This document shows, in pieces, positions 25,680-40,069 of a DNA stretch of 64,000 nucleotides; the first letter of the stretch is position 1, and each line of letters begins with the position of its first letter. The stretch spans positions 33,480,001 to 33,544,000 of the forward strand of contig OZ024748.1 in the NCBI GenBank assembly GCA_964016885.1, written 5' to 3'. The position numbers were made by a program, and so were the translations under genes. The notes under the pieces were generated by a model. It ran no database searches and was not told the DNA's origin. It saw only the letters and a list, made by a program, of their open reading frames with translations. The stretch is from Eledone cirrhosa (taxonomy: Eukaryota).

Positions 25680-28118
25680 AACATCTTCATCATCATTTTA
25701 CGTCCACTCTTCCCTGCTTGCAAGGGTGGGACGGGTCTTATTCAGCACAGCATCTCTCCACCGTGAGCTTCAGCGATCTGAGGTCTGTTCTCACCACCTC
25801 CGCCCATGTATTTCGTGCTCTACCTCTAATATGTCTTCCTTCAACTGGCATTTCCTGGCACTTCTTCACCCATCGGTCATCCTCCATGTGCATCACATAT
25901 CCATACCACCTCAGCCTCCTCTCTCGCACACTACATTCTATCCCTCTCAGACACAGTTTCACTCTCAACACATCCATGCTGGGTCGTTCACACACATTGA
26001 CATTGCACATCCAACGGAGCATGCTTGCCTCATTTCTCTCCAGCCGTTGCATATCCTCTGCAGTTGCTGCCCATGTCTCAGTACCATGCAGCATCGCGCT
26101 CCTCACACAGGCATCATATAACCGGCCTTTCGTACGCAGGGAGAAGTCCTTCTTCATCAGCAGAGGAAGCAGCTCCCTACACTTCTTCCAACCCGTCCTT
26201 ATTCTAGATACTATGGCCTCAGAACCCCCCAACCCGCCACCCATGCTAATCTGATCTCCTAGGTACTGGAAGCTATCCACCACTTCTATAGCACCCGCCT
26301 GCATTTGAAAAATGTGTCTATCACTGCGACTTCTACTGTCTAATTTCCCTGTACACCTACTGCATACATATTTCTCCCTACCTGTTAGTTTGTCTGCTAT
26401 CCCGCTACATCTCTTGTGGACCCAGGATCTGCATTGTGTGCATTTTATTGTGTGCATTTCCCTGACTGAATCAGAGTTTTGTCCTCTTTTCTACTCATCA
26501 ACACTTTTGTCTTAGCTAGGTTCACTCTCAGTCCTCTTGCTTCCAACTGCTGAACAAGAGCGGACTGAGGACCGAACCTTGATGTACTCCTACCTGTATC
26601 TGGAATTCCTCACTAAACTCCATTCCTACCCTGACTTTACTGACAGTACCTCTGTACAAAGTTTGCACTGTCCTCACAAGCCCTTCCTCAACACCTAGTT
26701 TCCTTAGGGACCACCAGATGACAGAGCGAGGTACCCTATAAAAGGCCTTCTCTAGGTCAACAAAGGCTAAGTATAGTGGCTTATTTTTCTCTAAGAACCT
26801 CTCTTGCAATTGTCTCACCAAGAAGAGGGCATATGTTGTACTCTTCTCAGGCACAAAACAAAACTGCATCTCATCTAGTTTGACCCTTTCTCTAAATCAT
26901 CATCATCAGATCGAGCTTTCTCGGCTTTCTACGACACGTTTCCTCCATCCATCTCTGTCTCATAGCGTTTGCCAGTTCTTCCGCAGTGCATCCAGTATCG
27001 TCCTCAAGTTGCTTGACGTATGTCTTCTTGGGACGACCAGCGTTTCTTGCTCCATGAGATGGACTCCATAACAACACATCACCTGCTATTTCTTCATTGC
27101 TGCTCCAACAGTGGCCAACAAATCTGAGTCTCTGTCCACGTATTGACCTGCTGATAGGTGGTATATTGCCATAGAGATCCTTATTTACTGGGTGTTCTCT
27201 AAATAGTTGTGCTAATATCCTTTCTGCCACTTTCATAACCTGATCCATCAGTTTTATACCCCTATAATTGCTCCTCTCCAGAGCATCCCCTTTACCTTTG
27301 TAGCAATTTATGAGAATACTGCTGCACCAGTCTTTGGGTATGACACCACCATATAGAGCCTGATTTATGATGCGTGCAACCAGTTTAGTGCCTACGTCCC
27401 CTGATACCTTCAGCATCTCAGCAACTATTCCCGATGGTCCAGCAGCCTTACCATTTTTCATTTCCTTAATCACCTCTTGGACCCTATATTCGTCAATCTC
27501 AATAGCTGGTTCCTCTGTCAGATCTACTGAGGGTAATTTCTCTCTCTCCCATTCGTTCTCCACATTCCTCATTCTCGCATAATGACATTTCCAGGCCTCC
27601 TTTTTCTGATCATTCGTGACACTAAGTACACCGGCATCATTCCGGAAACATTTATCTCCAACAACATCCTGACACACTGCCTACAATGGGGAACACCGCA
27701 CACCTCTGATCTTCCCGTCGCAGAACATTGGCAAACCTCCTACTCTCAGCCTCCCTGCGTGCTAAGTACACCTGATGTCTAGCTTCTCTGTTAGCGGCTG
27801 TATATTCTTCCCTACTCCCACCCCTTTTCCAAGCCTTCCATGCTAGTCTTTTGTCTCTAATGGCCTTATTTACTGTGCTGTTCCACCACCAGGTCACTCT
27901 CTGTCTGGTTGGAGCTCTGCTCCAGCCACAAGTTTCATCAGTAGCCTGCAGTAAGTTCTCATGTAAGAAATTCCAGTTATTATCTATGTCATACGTCTCT
28001 AAATCGTCTTCTTTTTCGTCATACACCTCTTGAAAGGCTTTCCTAAATTTGTATTTTAGTGAAAGGTCTTTTAGTTTTCAGACCTTTCTTCTCCACACCT
28101 TCCTGTATGTCTCATTCA
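25680..28118 (-). mobile_element. RTE LINE with internal deletions and a nested insertion
   Basis: ORFs 27652-28026, 26892-27677, 26528-26869 and 25738-26457; (GAT)n-like tail at about 25680. Confidence 0.9.
26898..27194 (-). mobile_element. 3' end of a different RTE-type LINE nested in the RTE
   Basis: NKDLYGNIPPISRSIRGQRLRFVGHC..GRPKKTY plus (GAT)n. TSD ttctctaaat at 26888-26897 / 27195-27204. Confidence 0.8.
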
Positions 28119-28420
28119 TACATATATATATACATATATATATATATATACATATATACATATATATATACATAAATATATCCATATATACATATACATA
28201 TATATATATACATTTATATATATATACATATATATACATATACATTTATATATATACATATATATATATATACATATATATATATGTAGATAAATCTACC
28301 AAGAGTTTACGGTAGTATCCAATCCGTATGAAGAACTCAATGTATTCCGGATATCATGGAAAGAAGAAATGTAATGAAAAATCACTTTCGGTGAAAGATA
28401 AACGGTATACAGAGTCAAGA

Positions 28421-29311
28421 TAAAATATTAAACAAATAATGAATAAACAATTCCTTATATTAAACAAAAAAAGTTCATTATTTAACGATCGTTTCTAGGA
28501 TATATATGTGTTAGAGTTGGCATGCATATTCAACAGATCTATGTACAAAATTATACAAAATTATACAAACTATCAAGATTAAATATACATACCAACACAT
28601 ATATACGCCGTCTTCAGAAATAATGAAATATATTTATTGATAATAACAACAATTCAAACTTTCAGGTCCGTTTGGGAACAAAATTGACCAATGAAAATAC
28701 AAAAGGTTTAATGCCGTTCGGTGTGTGTATATACATGTAACAACCCTTACACATATTTTACAAAAATGTATGCACAACCTGTATACTCATACAAAAAGGA
28801 TGGATGCAAATACAAAATTTCAAGGTTAATGTCTCTGTAAGTTTATAATGCACAGATAAGATGCGTACAGATACATAAATATGAAATAAGTGTATACACA
28901 TATTTTCATACTAACACATATCCGTACAATCACACATACACGCGCGTATATGCATAAACATACACATAAACTACAAACACACAAACACACACACACCACC
29001 ACTCACATATATATATGTGGATATAAAATCCTAAGCACATGGATATTAATTCACTCACATAAACACTGGCACACACATTTAGATAAAGATACAGAAATTA
29101 GGTGGGAGGGGGGGGAGGTCAGTATTCAACGGTTTGGGCTGACTGCTTAATATAGATGTATCTATAAACTAAGAAAATAAAAATAAAAAATAATAAATAA
29201 TAAATAAACATTAAAAAGGAAAGAAAAGAAAAAGAAAAAAGAAAAAAGAAATATATCAAGAAAATATATATATATATATATATATCTATATATATATATA
29301 TACATATATAT

Positions 29312-29342
<31 letters not shown>

Positions 29343-29476
29343 TATATATATACACATACACATATACAAACACATACATACATATACACACATCCACACT
29401 TAGAACATACATACACACACATATATAAACATATACATATACACACATACATACATATACACACATACATATAAAT

Positions 29477-29521
<45 letters not shown>

Positions 29522-29808
29522 CACTCATACATACGCATATAATCACACATACTATATAGACACACATATATATACACACATACATACACATATACCTACA
29601 CTTACATACATATATACATACAGATATACACATACATACCTATATATACACACAAATACATACAGACATATATACATACATACAGACAAATACTTACGCA
29701 TCTATATATCGGTATATACATACAAACACCACTACACTCTCACACAACTCAGACATACAAAGAAAAAGGTATATACCCATACACATATACATATACAAAT
29801 AGAGAAAC

Positions 29809-29867
<59 letters not shown>

Positions 29868-30093
29868 CATACATATACATATACACATACACACATACAC
29901 ATACAAACACATACATACATGTACACACACATAGATATATATACACACACATACACACATACACATACATATATAGTCATACACACACATACACCTACAC
30001 GAACATACACATACACATATACAAAGATATATATACACACACACACACACATACATACACACACACACATATATATAAAAAAAATAATAAAGA

Positions 30094-30151
<58 letters not shown>

Positions 30152-30426
30152 CACATACATACACACATACATAGACATATATGTACATACATACATATAC
30201 ATAGATACATACACACACATACATACATATATACATACATATATATATGTGTTGGTATGTATATTTAATCTTGATAGTTTGTATAATTTTGTATAATTTT
30301 GTACATAGATCTGTTGAATATGCATGCCAACTCTAACACATATATATCCTAAAAACGATCGTTAAATAATGAACTTTTTTTGTTTAATATAAGGAATTGT
30401 TTATTCATTATTTGTTTAATATTTTA
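28421..30426. mobile_element. Non-coding PLE-like element with inverted termini (about 185 bp) and microsatellite-filled interior
   Basis: 28421-28605 is the reverse complement of 30243-30426; the left arm carries a hammerhead. Confidence 0.7.
28476..28625 (-). ncRNA. Type-I hammerhead ribozyme with very long stem II
   Basis: cattattt-CTGAAGA-..tatatatgtgttgg...ctaacacatatata..-GAAA-c-gatc-g-TT-aaataatg; 8-bp perfect stem I. Confidence 0.75.
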
Positions 30427-30436
30427 CATATATATA

Positions 30437-32442
30437 TATATACATAACTTGTATAGCTCTCACAAGCCATTCATCTACACCTAGTTTTTTAAGAGCCCAC
30501 CAGATAATGGTGCGGGCGACTCTGTCAAAGGCTTTCTCCAAGTCTACAAAAGCTAAGTAGAGGGATTTACTTTTAGCTAGGTACTTCTCCTGTAGTTGTC
30601 GTACAAGAAAAAGAGCGTCTGTGTTACTTTTACCTGACACAAACTCAATCTGCATTTCATCTAGATCAATTCGCTCTCTGTGACCTTCATGACCTGGTCA
30701 ACTAACTTAATGCCTCTATAGTTTCCCCTATCTAGAGCATCCCCTTTACCCTTGTAGCAGTTAATGATGATGCTGATACACCAGTCCTTTGGTATGACCC
30801 CTTTCTGTATTACTTGGTTTACTATCTGGGTGACCATAGCATGTCCCACCATTCCAGATGCTTTCAACATCTCAGCAACTATCTCCGAAGGCCCAACTGC
30901 CTTGCCTGTCTTCATATCATTGATTGTCTTACTTATTATACTACCTTTAACTTGCACCGCTGGTCCTTCTAATGGATCGATTTGGGGCAGACTATCTTTT
31001 TCCCATTTATTCTCCTCATTTAATAGTCTCTCATAGTGACACTTCCAAGCTATCTTCTTATCAGTATCAGTGAGCGCAAGTACACCATTATCATTACGGA
31101 CTCACTTCTCCCTGACAATATCACGATTTTTCCTTGACACATTGTCTAGCAATCCTGAACACTTCACGTTTTTGGTCCTCTTGTTCTAGAAAATGCTTCA
31201 TCTTTCTATCCCCTGCTTCCCTTTTTTCAAGGTACACTTGTCTCCTAGCTTCCTTCTGGCCACTTGATAGTGTTCTCTACTTCCCCCATCCTGCCATACT
31301 TTCCAAGCCTGCTTTTTGGCCTTGATTGTCTCCTCCACCTTACTGTTCCACCACCAAGTTACTCTCCTCCTGCCTATTGGTCTGCTCCAGCCACAGATTT
31401 CATCCATCGCTTTCAGCAGGTTCTCTTTCAAGAATTTCCACTGTTCCTCTATATTATATGTCTCTAATTGTTCTTCCTTACTGTCAAAAGCATCAAGTAA
31501 TAAGCTTTTAAATTTGTCACTGGCTGTGGGGTCCTTCAACTTCCATATTCTTCTCCTCAAGGTAGTCTTGTTTTATGTTCATTGTTCATCACACACACAT
31601 ATATAATTGATATTCTCTTTGGAATTACTGATGAAACTTGTTAGTGACACAACTACAAGAGAAGTTCCTAGCCAAGATTAAATTGCTTTATTTAGCTTTT
31701 GTAGATCGAGAAAAGGCCTTTGACAGAGTACCTTACTCTGTTATCTGGTGGTCCTTCAGAAATTTAGGTGTAAAAGAATGGCTTGTGAGAGCAGTGCAAG
31801 CCATGTACAGAGGAGCTGTCAGTAAAGTGAGAGTAGGAAGGGAGTTTAGTGAGGAATTCAATGTTCAGGTAGGTGTTCATCGTGGTTCAGTTCACAACCC
31901 ACTGCTGTTCAACATAGTTCTCCAGGCCATAACCAATGAGTTTAGGACTGGCTGTTCACGGAAAACAGTCTATTTGAATGATCTGGTCCTTATAGCTGAC
32001 TCCATAAAAGAACTAGAGAATAAGTGACCCTAATGCATATGTAGGAAAGGAGTAGGCATAAACTGTACACAATGATAGCTTCCGCTATCTAGGTGGAGAG
32101 AAATGGAACGACCATGCTTCGTAAATGTGAGAGGAAGTCAGAGCTTGGACTTCAGAGGAAACCGAAGTGGTGTGCGAGAGAGGACTGCTTTGGTAGGGAT
32201 ATGTGATATGCATGGATGATGATCGCTGGTTAAAGAAGTGCCAGGGAATATGAGAAGAGGGAAGCCATAGCAGAGGTAGACCTAAGAAGACCAGGGTAGA
32301 TGTGGTAAGAGCTGATCTCAAATTGCTGAGACCCACAGAGAAAATGACAAAGGAACAAGCGAGTGGGGAGATGTTGTGTTTAAAAGGACCCATCCAACCC
32401 ATGCCAAGATTGAAAAACGGACGTAAAACTATGATGATGATG
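30437..32442. mobile_element. Degenerate RTE with inverted 5' part (paralog of 10323-11705)
   Basis: Minus-strand RT N-half at 30437-31570; plus-strand RT C-half at 31632-32442 with (GAT)n tail. Confidence 0.85.
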
Positions 32443-32553
32443 TAGATGAAGTAAATTAAATCAAAACAGATTTAGACTAAAACGAACAACACTTCCCCAA
32501 AACAGCAAGAAGGTACAGCTAAATACAACATATATTTTATAATGTATAAAATA

Positions 32554-33092
32554 TCTATATATATAAAACTAAGTGTGTGTGTGAGTTTGAATCCCTAAAA
32601 CTAGAGAAACACCCAACCGACTGTTTTCACACTTTACACATGTAATACTTATGTTTCAGGGAGTGTTGTGAGCAAAAAAATATTTCAAATTTTCAATGCC
32701 CTAGGGATCGCATTAGGCGATTTAGCGATCTCTCTCTATAATTCTTAGTCTTTCTCTTTTTAGATAGATACATACATATAACGTCGCGCCCTTATATCCG
32801 TCTGTGTGTCTGCATTACGTCACTTCCTACAATTCGACGCGCCCTTATAATATCTGTCTGCTGCCTCTGGTTATCCTGCCACCCTTGCTCAAGACAAATC
32901 TCACACTCATTCCCCAAACAGTTGGTAAATGCACACAACTTCTTCCTCATGTTTTAAGCCAGTGTTGCTTACTTACGTACCATCAGATCCTTACTTCTTT
33001 ACCAGCCATGGTTGTGGCAATACTAAGCTTAGCTAAGGCGGTTATATATTTCACAATACCTTATCCCGTGCAACGCTGGGTACCACTGCTAG
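32554..33092 (+). mobile_element. Non-autonomous Helitron
   Basis: 5' TCTATATATATAT, 3' hairpin cccgtgcaacgctggg then CTAG, inserted between A and T. Absent from the paralogous site near 11790. Confidence 0.8.
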
Positions 33093-33264
33093 TATTTTAT
33101 AATGTAAGGTAGTGAACCACATAATTAAATTGGCAGAGTTAATTTAAATAATAAAAATATCTTTAATTTACTTAAAGCAATAACAAGGTACAGCTAAATA
33201 TAAACTATATTTTATAATGTAAGGTAGTGAACAAGATAATTAAATAGACGGAGGTATTTTAAAT

Positions 33265-34049
33265 GGCGATATCCAATTTTAGCTGTCTAAATGCCGTTTA
33301 CTTGCTGCAGTTGCTGCTTACTTCAATGTATGAGGCTATTCCAACAAATTTACATTCCCCCTTTTTTTTAGCCGTTAAAAGAAATATAGATTTATTTATT
33401 TTTATTTATTTGCAATTTATTTGCCACTGGGGCATAGATTTCTTTATTTGCCCCTTTTTTGTTTGTTTGTTTTTTTGCGATTTATTAGCCTTTTGGGGTC
33501 ACACACGCCCCCGTAGAAAGTGTGCGACCTTTCTGCCAGGGAGTACAGAGAGAGGGGGTGATCCCTTCTTCTCTTACCTGTACAAGCCGATATAGAGAGA
33601 TGGCCCACTTACACGGGCCATTATTGCTACTTTCACCCGAAAAAGGCACTCAGTCCCAGCCAATTCCATGAAAGATGGGTGAAAGTAGCAATAATGGCCC
33701 GTGTAAGTGGGCCATCTCTCTATATGGGCTTGTACAGGTAAGAGAAGAAGGGAGCACCCCCCTCTCTCTGTGCTCCCTGGCAGAAAGGTCGCACACTTTC
33801 TACGGGGCCGTGTGTGACTCCAAAAGGCTAATAAATCGCAAAAAAACAAACAAACAAAAAAGGGGCAAATAAAGAAATCTATGCCCCAGTGGCAAATAAA
33901 TTGCAAAAAAATAAAAATAAATAAATCTATATTTCTTTTAACGGCTAAAAAAAGGGGAATGTAAATTTGTTGGAATAGCCTCATACATTGAAGTAAGCAG
34001 CAACTGCAGCAAGTAAGCGGCATTTAGACAGCTAAAATTGGATATCGCC
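33265..34049. mobile_element. Fold-back MITE, Merlin-like
   Basis: About 374-bp TIRs starting GGCGATATCC, 38-bp spacer, 8-bp TSD ttttaaat. Empty site at about 11835. Confidence 0.85.
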
Positions 34050-36242
34050 TTTTAAATAATAAAGAGTCATGATAACAATATATTTTATATCACATGTAAC
34101 AGTGGAATCTGGTTAATTACTGGATCGTTGAAGAGTTCACATAATTATATTATTTACACACATTAATATAGACATTAAGTAAATCTTTGTCAACTTACCT
34201 CCTTCAGATATAATCAGTGTGTTGTGTTGTTAGTTGTTACTAAACAACCAAAGAAATAATCTTTGTTATCAACTTAGAAGTTTCAAAGATGTTATCAGCT
34301 TTATTTCACGACATTAACGTTGGTGTATCTTCTTCATCTTTAGTCATGAATTGATATCTTGTCAGAATGAAGTAGTGAGGCTGACCTTATGTCTTTAGCT
34401 ACAGATTTGATAGGAAATATATATATTTATTAGGTTGATATGTGGTCTAATATATATATATATATTGTCTATAAATGACTGATAGCCCATGTTCTGGTGA
34501 AATAGTAGTTTTACTACTACAGATTGTAGTGGAACTCTCAGTAGACACAATTGTAAAGTAAGAATAGATATGACAGTGTAAGACTGATGTCGTGGAATTA
34601 AAATTGTGTATATATATAATTGTTACACAAGATATAATTGTTTCTACGTTAGGCACAAAGCCAGCAAATACCCGGTGCATTACTGGTACTTTATTTTATA
34701 GACCCCGTAAGGATGAAAGGCAAAGTTAACCTTGGCGAAAGTTATAATTAAGACAGCAGGTAATCTAATAAGAAGGTTAAAGAAAAGAAGGAAAAACAAG
34801 TGAAATGAAAGAGAAAGTTGAAAGGAAAAGATAGAAAAGAATCATTGAAATAATTATTCTACAAAGTGTTCTGTCTCATTTAGAAAGTGTTTTCTATGTT
34901 GGCCAGCTAAAATCTTCCCTCACACAATTGTATCAAGTTCATTAGTTAATCCTGAATTTCCTGTAAAAAATTACTGATTTCAACAAGAACTTTTTGGCTA
35001 AAACCACTAACAATAACAAATATGTTTGTTTCAAGAGAAGGAGTGAAAACTTCTATGTGGTTACTTGACCTGTTGGAAATAGCAGCCAAATTTCTTTCAG
35101 GTCACATACCTTCTTGAATTAGGAAAGGACTGTTTGGTCAGTTGCTTTAAACCTACATAAGTAGATATAATTCAGACTAAGGGTCAGACCTGTAGTAATT
35201 GAATGAATTTCTCCACAATTTAGCTGTTCATATTATAGATCATCTTACCTGTGTTGAAATATGAAACCACAGAAGTATCACTATCGCAGCCTTGATCGTG
35301 GTTCAGTCAAACTACATGCTCAATCCATCGGCCAACAGCTCCTACCCAATGACCAACACAACACCCCACCTAAAGACAAGAACCTTACAGTTAGCAGCCT
35401 GACTCTCTCTATTTTTATTTTTCCAACATTATGACGACGGTGTGATCTGAGTTCAAATCCTGCAGAGGTTAACTTTGCCTTTCATCCTTAGGGGGTCGAT
35501 AAAATAAAGTACCAGTAATGCACTGGGGTTGATTTAATCTACTTTCCCCTCCCCCAAAATTGTTGGTCTTATGCCTATATAAGAAACCAATATTATCACA
35601 ACGGTTATGTTAACAAATAAACTGTTTATTTAGATCTTAAAAAAATTATTTTAGCATTAATTTATATCAATTATAATAATTTTCTTTCATAGACATTATA
35701 ATCAAACATAATTTAATCATGCATTGTAGTTTTTAATAAGTTAATAATTCATTGTATGTATATAAATAATAAAATATTTTATGTGCAAAACTGTCCATCT
35801 ATATGTATACATGTATGTATAAAAATATATTGACATACATATATACATTTTCAGACGTATACACATAAGAGTATATATATATCTTTATATATATATATAT
35901 TCATATAAATATTTATATATATACACTTGTAAAATATTTAATGGAATACATATCTATAAATATATGTGTGTAGATATATATATATATATATATATATTTG
36001 TTTTCCTTTATATATTAATCATCTTTTAACATATATCATCATCATTTTACGTCCGCTTTTCCCTGCTTGCAAGGGTGGGACAGGAACTGATTCTGGCTCG
36101 ATTTCTACAGCTGGATGCCCTTCCTAACACCAACCTCATTTACAGTGAGTGCTGGGTGCTTTTTTGCCGTGGCACCTCCACGACCACTTTGCAGTGGAAT
36201 GATATGGACCCCAGTCCCTATTATCTCATTTCTACAGCTGTG

Positions 36243-37056
36243 TAGAAGGGTAAGAACGAGATGGAAGAAGTTCAGGGAACTACTACCACTGCTAGCTGCA
36301 AAAGGCTTCTCCCTCAAAATGAAAGGCAGACTGTATGATGCGTGTATCCGAACAGCAATGTTACATGGTAGTGAGACCTGGGCACTGAACGTGGAAGACT
36401 TACATAGATTAGAGAGAAACGAAGCCTGCATGCTCCGATGGATGTGTAATAATAATATACGCGAACGACAAAGCATAAATGAATTGAGAGAGAGACTGAG
36501 CATAAGAGGAATCAAATGCTGTGTGCAGGAGAGACGGTTGCGTTGGTATGGACATGTGATGTGTATGAAGGATGACAGCTGCATAAAAAGGTGCAGAGCA
36601 CTAGAAGTCGATGGAAACCGCGGAGTGGAGAGACCCAAGATGACCTGGGATGAGGTGATAAAAGCCGACCTTACCCAATTACACCTCTCAAAGGCGATGA
36701 CACACGACCGTGTAATACAGAGTACCTGACCTCCCATGGGTACAAGCTGAAGCATATAGACAATATGCCCCCACACCCTCCCACTGCAAGGTGGTCGTGG
36801 AGGTGCCACGGCAAAAAAGCACCCAGCCCACACTGTAAAGTGGACGTGTAGGCGCCACGAAAAAGCACCCAGCACTCACTGTAAATGAGGTTGGTGTTAG
36901 GAAGGGCATCCAGCTGTAGAAATCAAGCCAAATCAGTTCCTGTATGAGCAAGGCATGGTCAGCCGACCAGACACTGCCCACAACAAGACAACCCGTCTAA
37001 CCCATGCTAGCGTGGAAGAACGGACGTAAAACGGTGATGATGATGATGATGATGAT
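36243..37056 (+). mobile_element. RTE 3' end fused to an inverted SINE tail
   Basis: RVRTRWKKFRELLP..MLRWMC..WDEVIKADL; the 3' UTR and (GAT)n match 51355-52194. Confidence 0.88.
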
Positions 37057-37057
37057 A

Positions 37058-37132
37058 CAGGGTCTCCCCCAAAATGTATACACACTTTTACTACAGTCTA
37101 TGTAAGTGTGTATACATTTTTTGGGGACACTG
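37058..37132. mobile_element. Tc1/mariner-type mini-MITE (inverted paralog at 38191-38254)
   Basis: TA-CAGGGTCTCCCC..GGGGACACTG-TA palindromic element. Confidence 0.6.
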
Positions 37133-37552
37133 TAATATACATATCATTAAACGTGTCTCCTACATGTGTATAAATAAATATACATGTATTTTATTAACAA
37201 TTTTGTGTAGAATCTGTTAAACACGGAAGAAAATGTGGAGACCAAATAAAATTAATGTGTTGGTCACATTAACTTAATAATATAACTATATATTAATGAA
37301 ATATGTCGAAATAAAAGTTGTAATTGTGACAAAAATATAGATTCAGTAGTTTATTATGACCAAGATTGAATATTTAATAGAATTAAGTGGAATTTATTAG
37401 GAAATAAGACAATAAAACAGTGAAATGTTGAGGTTAAAAGAGAGAAAAACAAAATCTCCTCTCTTTATAAACTTTAATGTGGCTGAATTAGTAGCGGCTC
37501 GGTTTACTAACCTCAGCTCTCTCATCTTACAAGGGTTCGAATCTCACGTAGT

Positions 37553-37850
37553 TTACTATAGTGTCTACAGAGTTATCTCCTACTGCTTTTATATAGTATC
37601 ACTGTTTACTGTAAAGAGGGTGCTACAATCATTTACTAGTGTGAGCAGTCTGGCTTACTAACGCCAGGTCTAAAGTGTTACATGGTTCCAACATGACTCC
37701 CTTCACTATAGTGTCTACAGAGTTATCTCCTACTGCTTTTATACAGTTTCACTGTTTATGGTACAGAGGGCGCTACAATCATTTACTCGTGTCACCGAAT
37801 GGTTTGCAGTCTGGCTTACTAATGCCAGGACTAAAGTGTTGGTTGGTTCC
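37553..37850 (+). repeat. Tandem duplication, about 150 bp x2
   Basis: actatagtgtctacagagttatctcc.. occurs at about 37555 and about 37705. Confidence 0.8.
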
Positions 37851-38708
37851 TTAATTTTTAAAAAGAGTTATCACCCATAGTCTTTCAAAGTTTCTTAGTT
37901 TTCTCGAAAGGTGGCGTGGCGATCTGCTTTTATGAGGAGTAGTAAGAGACAATATATGGAAGGAGGAGGAAAGAGAGAGATAGAAAGACAAAACTGTGTT
38001 AATTCTCTCTCCCCTCTCTTCTTTTACTCTATCTACCTCTTATGTCTTCATTTCACTGTTTTATTGTCTTATTTGCTAATTTCACTTAATTCCATTAAAT
38101 ATTCAATCTTGGTCGAAATAAATATTTTCATCTGTGAGATCTGCACAACCAATAATAGTAGGAAATCACGTTACATGATATGTATATATACAGAGTGTCC
38201 CTAAATTATGTATACAGAGTTGAAGTGTGAAAACATTTTTGAGGGGAGACCCTGTATATATTTTATATATACATATGTATATTAAAAGATGACTGAGATA
38301 TAAATATAAACACATATATATATATATTTATTTATATACTCATATGTATGTTTAAATATTTATAAATATATATATAAAGATATATGTACTCTTATGTGTA
38401 TACATCTGAAAATGTATATATGTATGTTAACACATACTTAAACATACATGTATACATATAGATGGACAGTTATACATATACAATAACTTATTTCTATACA
38501 TACATATACCACAAGTAAGGCATGGTGCTGCCAACTAGCCAGACCTCCCTCATAATGGACCAGCTAGATCCCAAAATACAGGCCTGCTAGCCAACACACA
38601 GTCCCAATAAGTGTAAGCTACAGTGCAGCTATCTGGACAGACTTGTCTTAAGACTACTCATTATCCCACTACATCTTATGTGTACTATATATATACTGTA
38701 TATATACT

Positions 38709-38751
<43 letters not shown>

Positions 38752-39121
38752 TATAATTGTGTATTCACACATTATCTTAGTAATGAAATAATTAATAATT
38801 TTAGTAAATTGTTCAAAATTCTTCATTAACCCTTTGGTAGAAACCCAGCCAAAATTGGTTCTCGTTCTATGGAAATTGTTCTTATCTAAATTAAAGTCTT
38901 CCAACGAAATTCTATATAACAACCATATGTTATGTTACTATGTTAGTAATTAACTAACAACTGGGATAAATAGCTCAACATTATTCATAATTAATTGAAA
39001 TACGAGGTTCATAATTATAATAAAATCTTTGAATAGGCTACAAAACCGGTAAACCTTAAAGGTACGCAACACACACATCGCTATAGCGTTTCACCGGCCA
39101 ATTCCTTCCTCAATCATTACA

Positions 39122-39758
39122 TAGATGTGTGTGTATGTAATAATTATTTTGTATTGTGTGTCTACTATTTATGAATATGTATGAGTAGATATGTGTGTAT
39201 GTAACACAGTAGATGTGTATGTATATGTAACACTAGATTTGTGTGTATGTAATAAAGTAGGTGTGTGTGTAACACAATAGATGCGTGTGTATGTAACACA
39301 GTAGATGCATGTGTATGTAACAGAGTAGATATGTGTGTATGTAACACAATAGATGTGTGTGTATGTAACACAATAGATGTGTGTATATGTAATACAGTAG
39401 ATGTATGCGTATGTAACACAGTAGATGTGTGTGTAACACAGCGGATGTATGTGTATGTAACACAGTAGATTGTGTGTAACACAGTAGATGTGTGTGTGTA
39501 TGTAACACAGTAGATGTGTTGTGTGTAACACTGTAGATGTGTGTGTGTGTAACACAGTAGATGTGTGTGTGTGTAACACAGTAGATGTGTGTATGTAACA
39601 CATTAGATGTGTGTGTATATAACACAGTAGATGTGTGTGTATGTAACACAGTAGATGTGTGTGTATGTAACTTAGTAGATGTGTGTGTGTATGTAACTCA
39701 GTAGATGTGTGTGTGTGTAACACAGTAGATGTGTGTATGCAATACAGTAGATGTGTTT
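39122..39758. repeat. Minisatellite, about 22-26-bp unit
   Basis: (tgtgtgtgtatgtaacacagtaga)n. Confidence 0.95.
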
Positions 39759-40069
39759 GTTTTCCTCATTAATTAAACCCAAGACAGGTAAAAACTCCAG
39801 AGTCTTTCAGTTGGACATGAAACAAATTAATTTCTAATGGAAGAAGAAAAGATTTTAAAGTCAGCCAAGGGAGATCACTCTCAGCGACTTATTGTAAAAA
39901 ACGTTCGTGAAATAATCCGGATTAAATTATTCTGGTGTATTTTGTGTGGAGGACACCGGGTTGGGCGGTGATAGCGCGTAATTCACGAACGTATGGTTCG
40001 TGAGTTCAAATCCCAGACCGGGTGGTCAGGTTTGTTCTAGCTGAATCTCCCTGAGAACTGCGTATATAC

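Noticed and set aside
36105-36875. 256-aa and other ORFs antisense to RTE coding regions
   Set aside because: Shadow frames of LINE sequence with no independent motifs.
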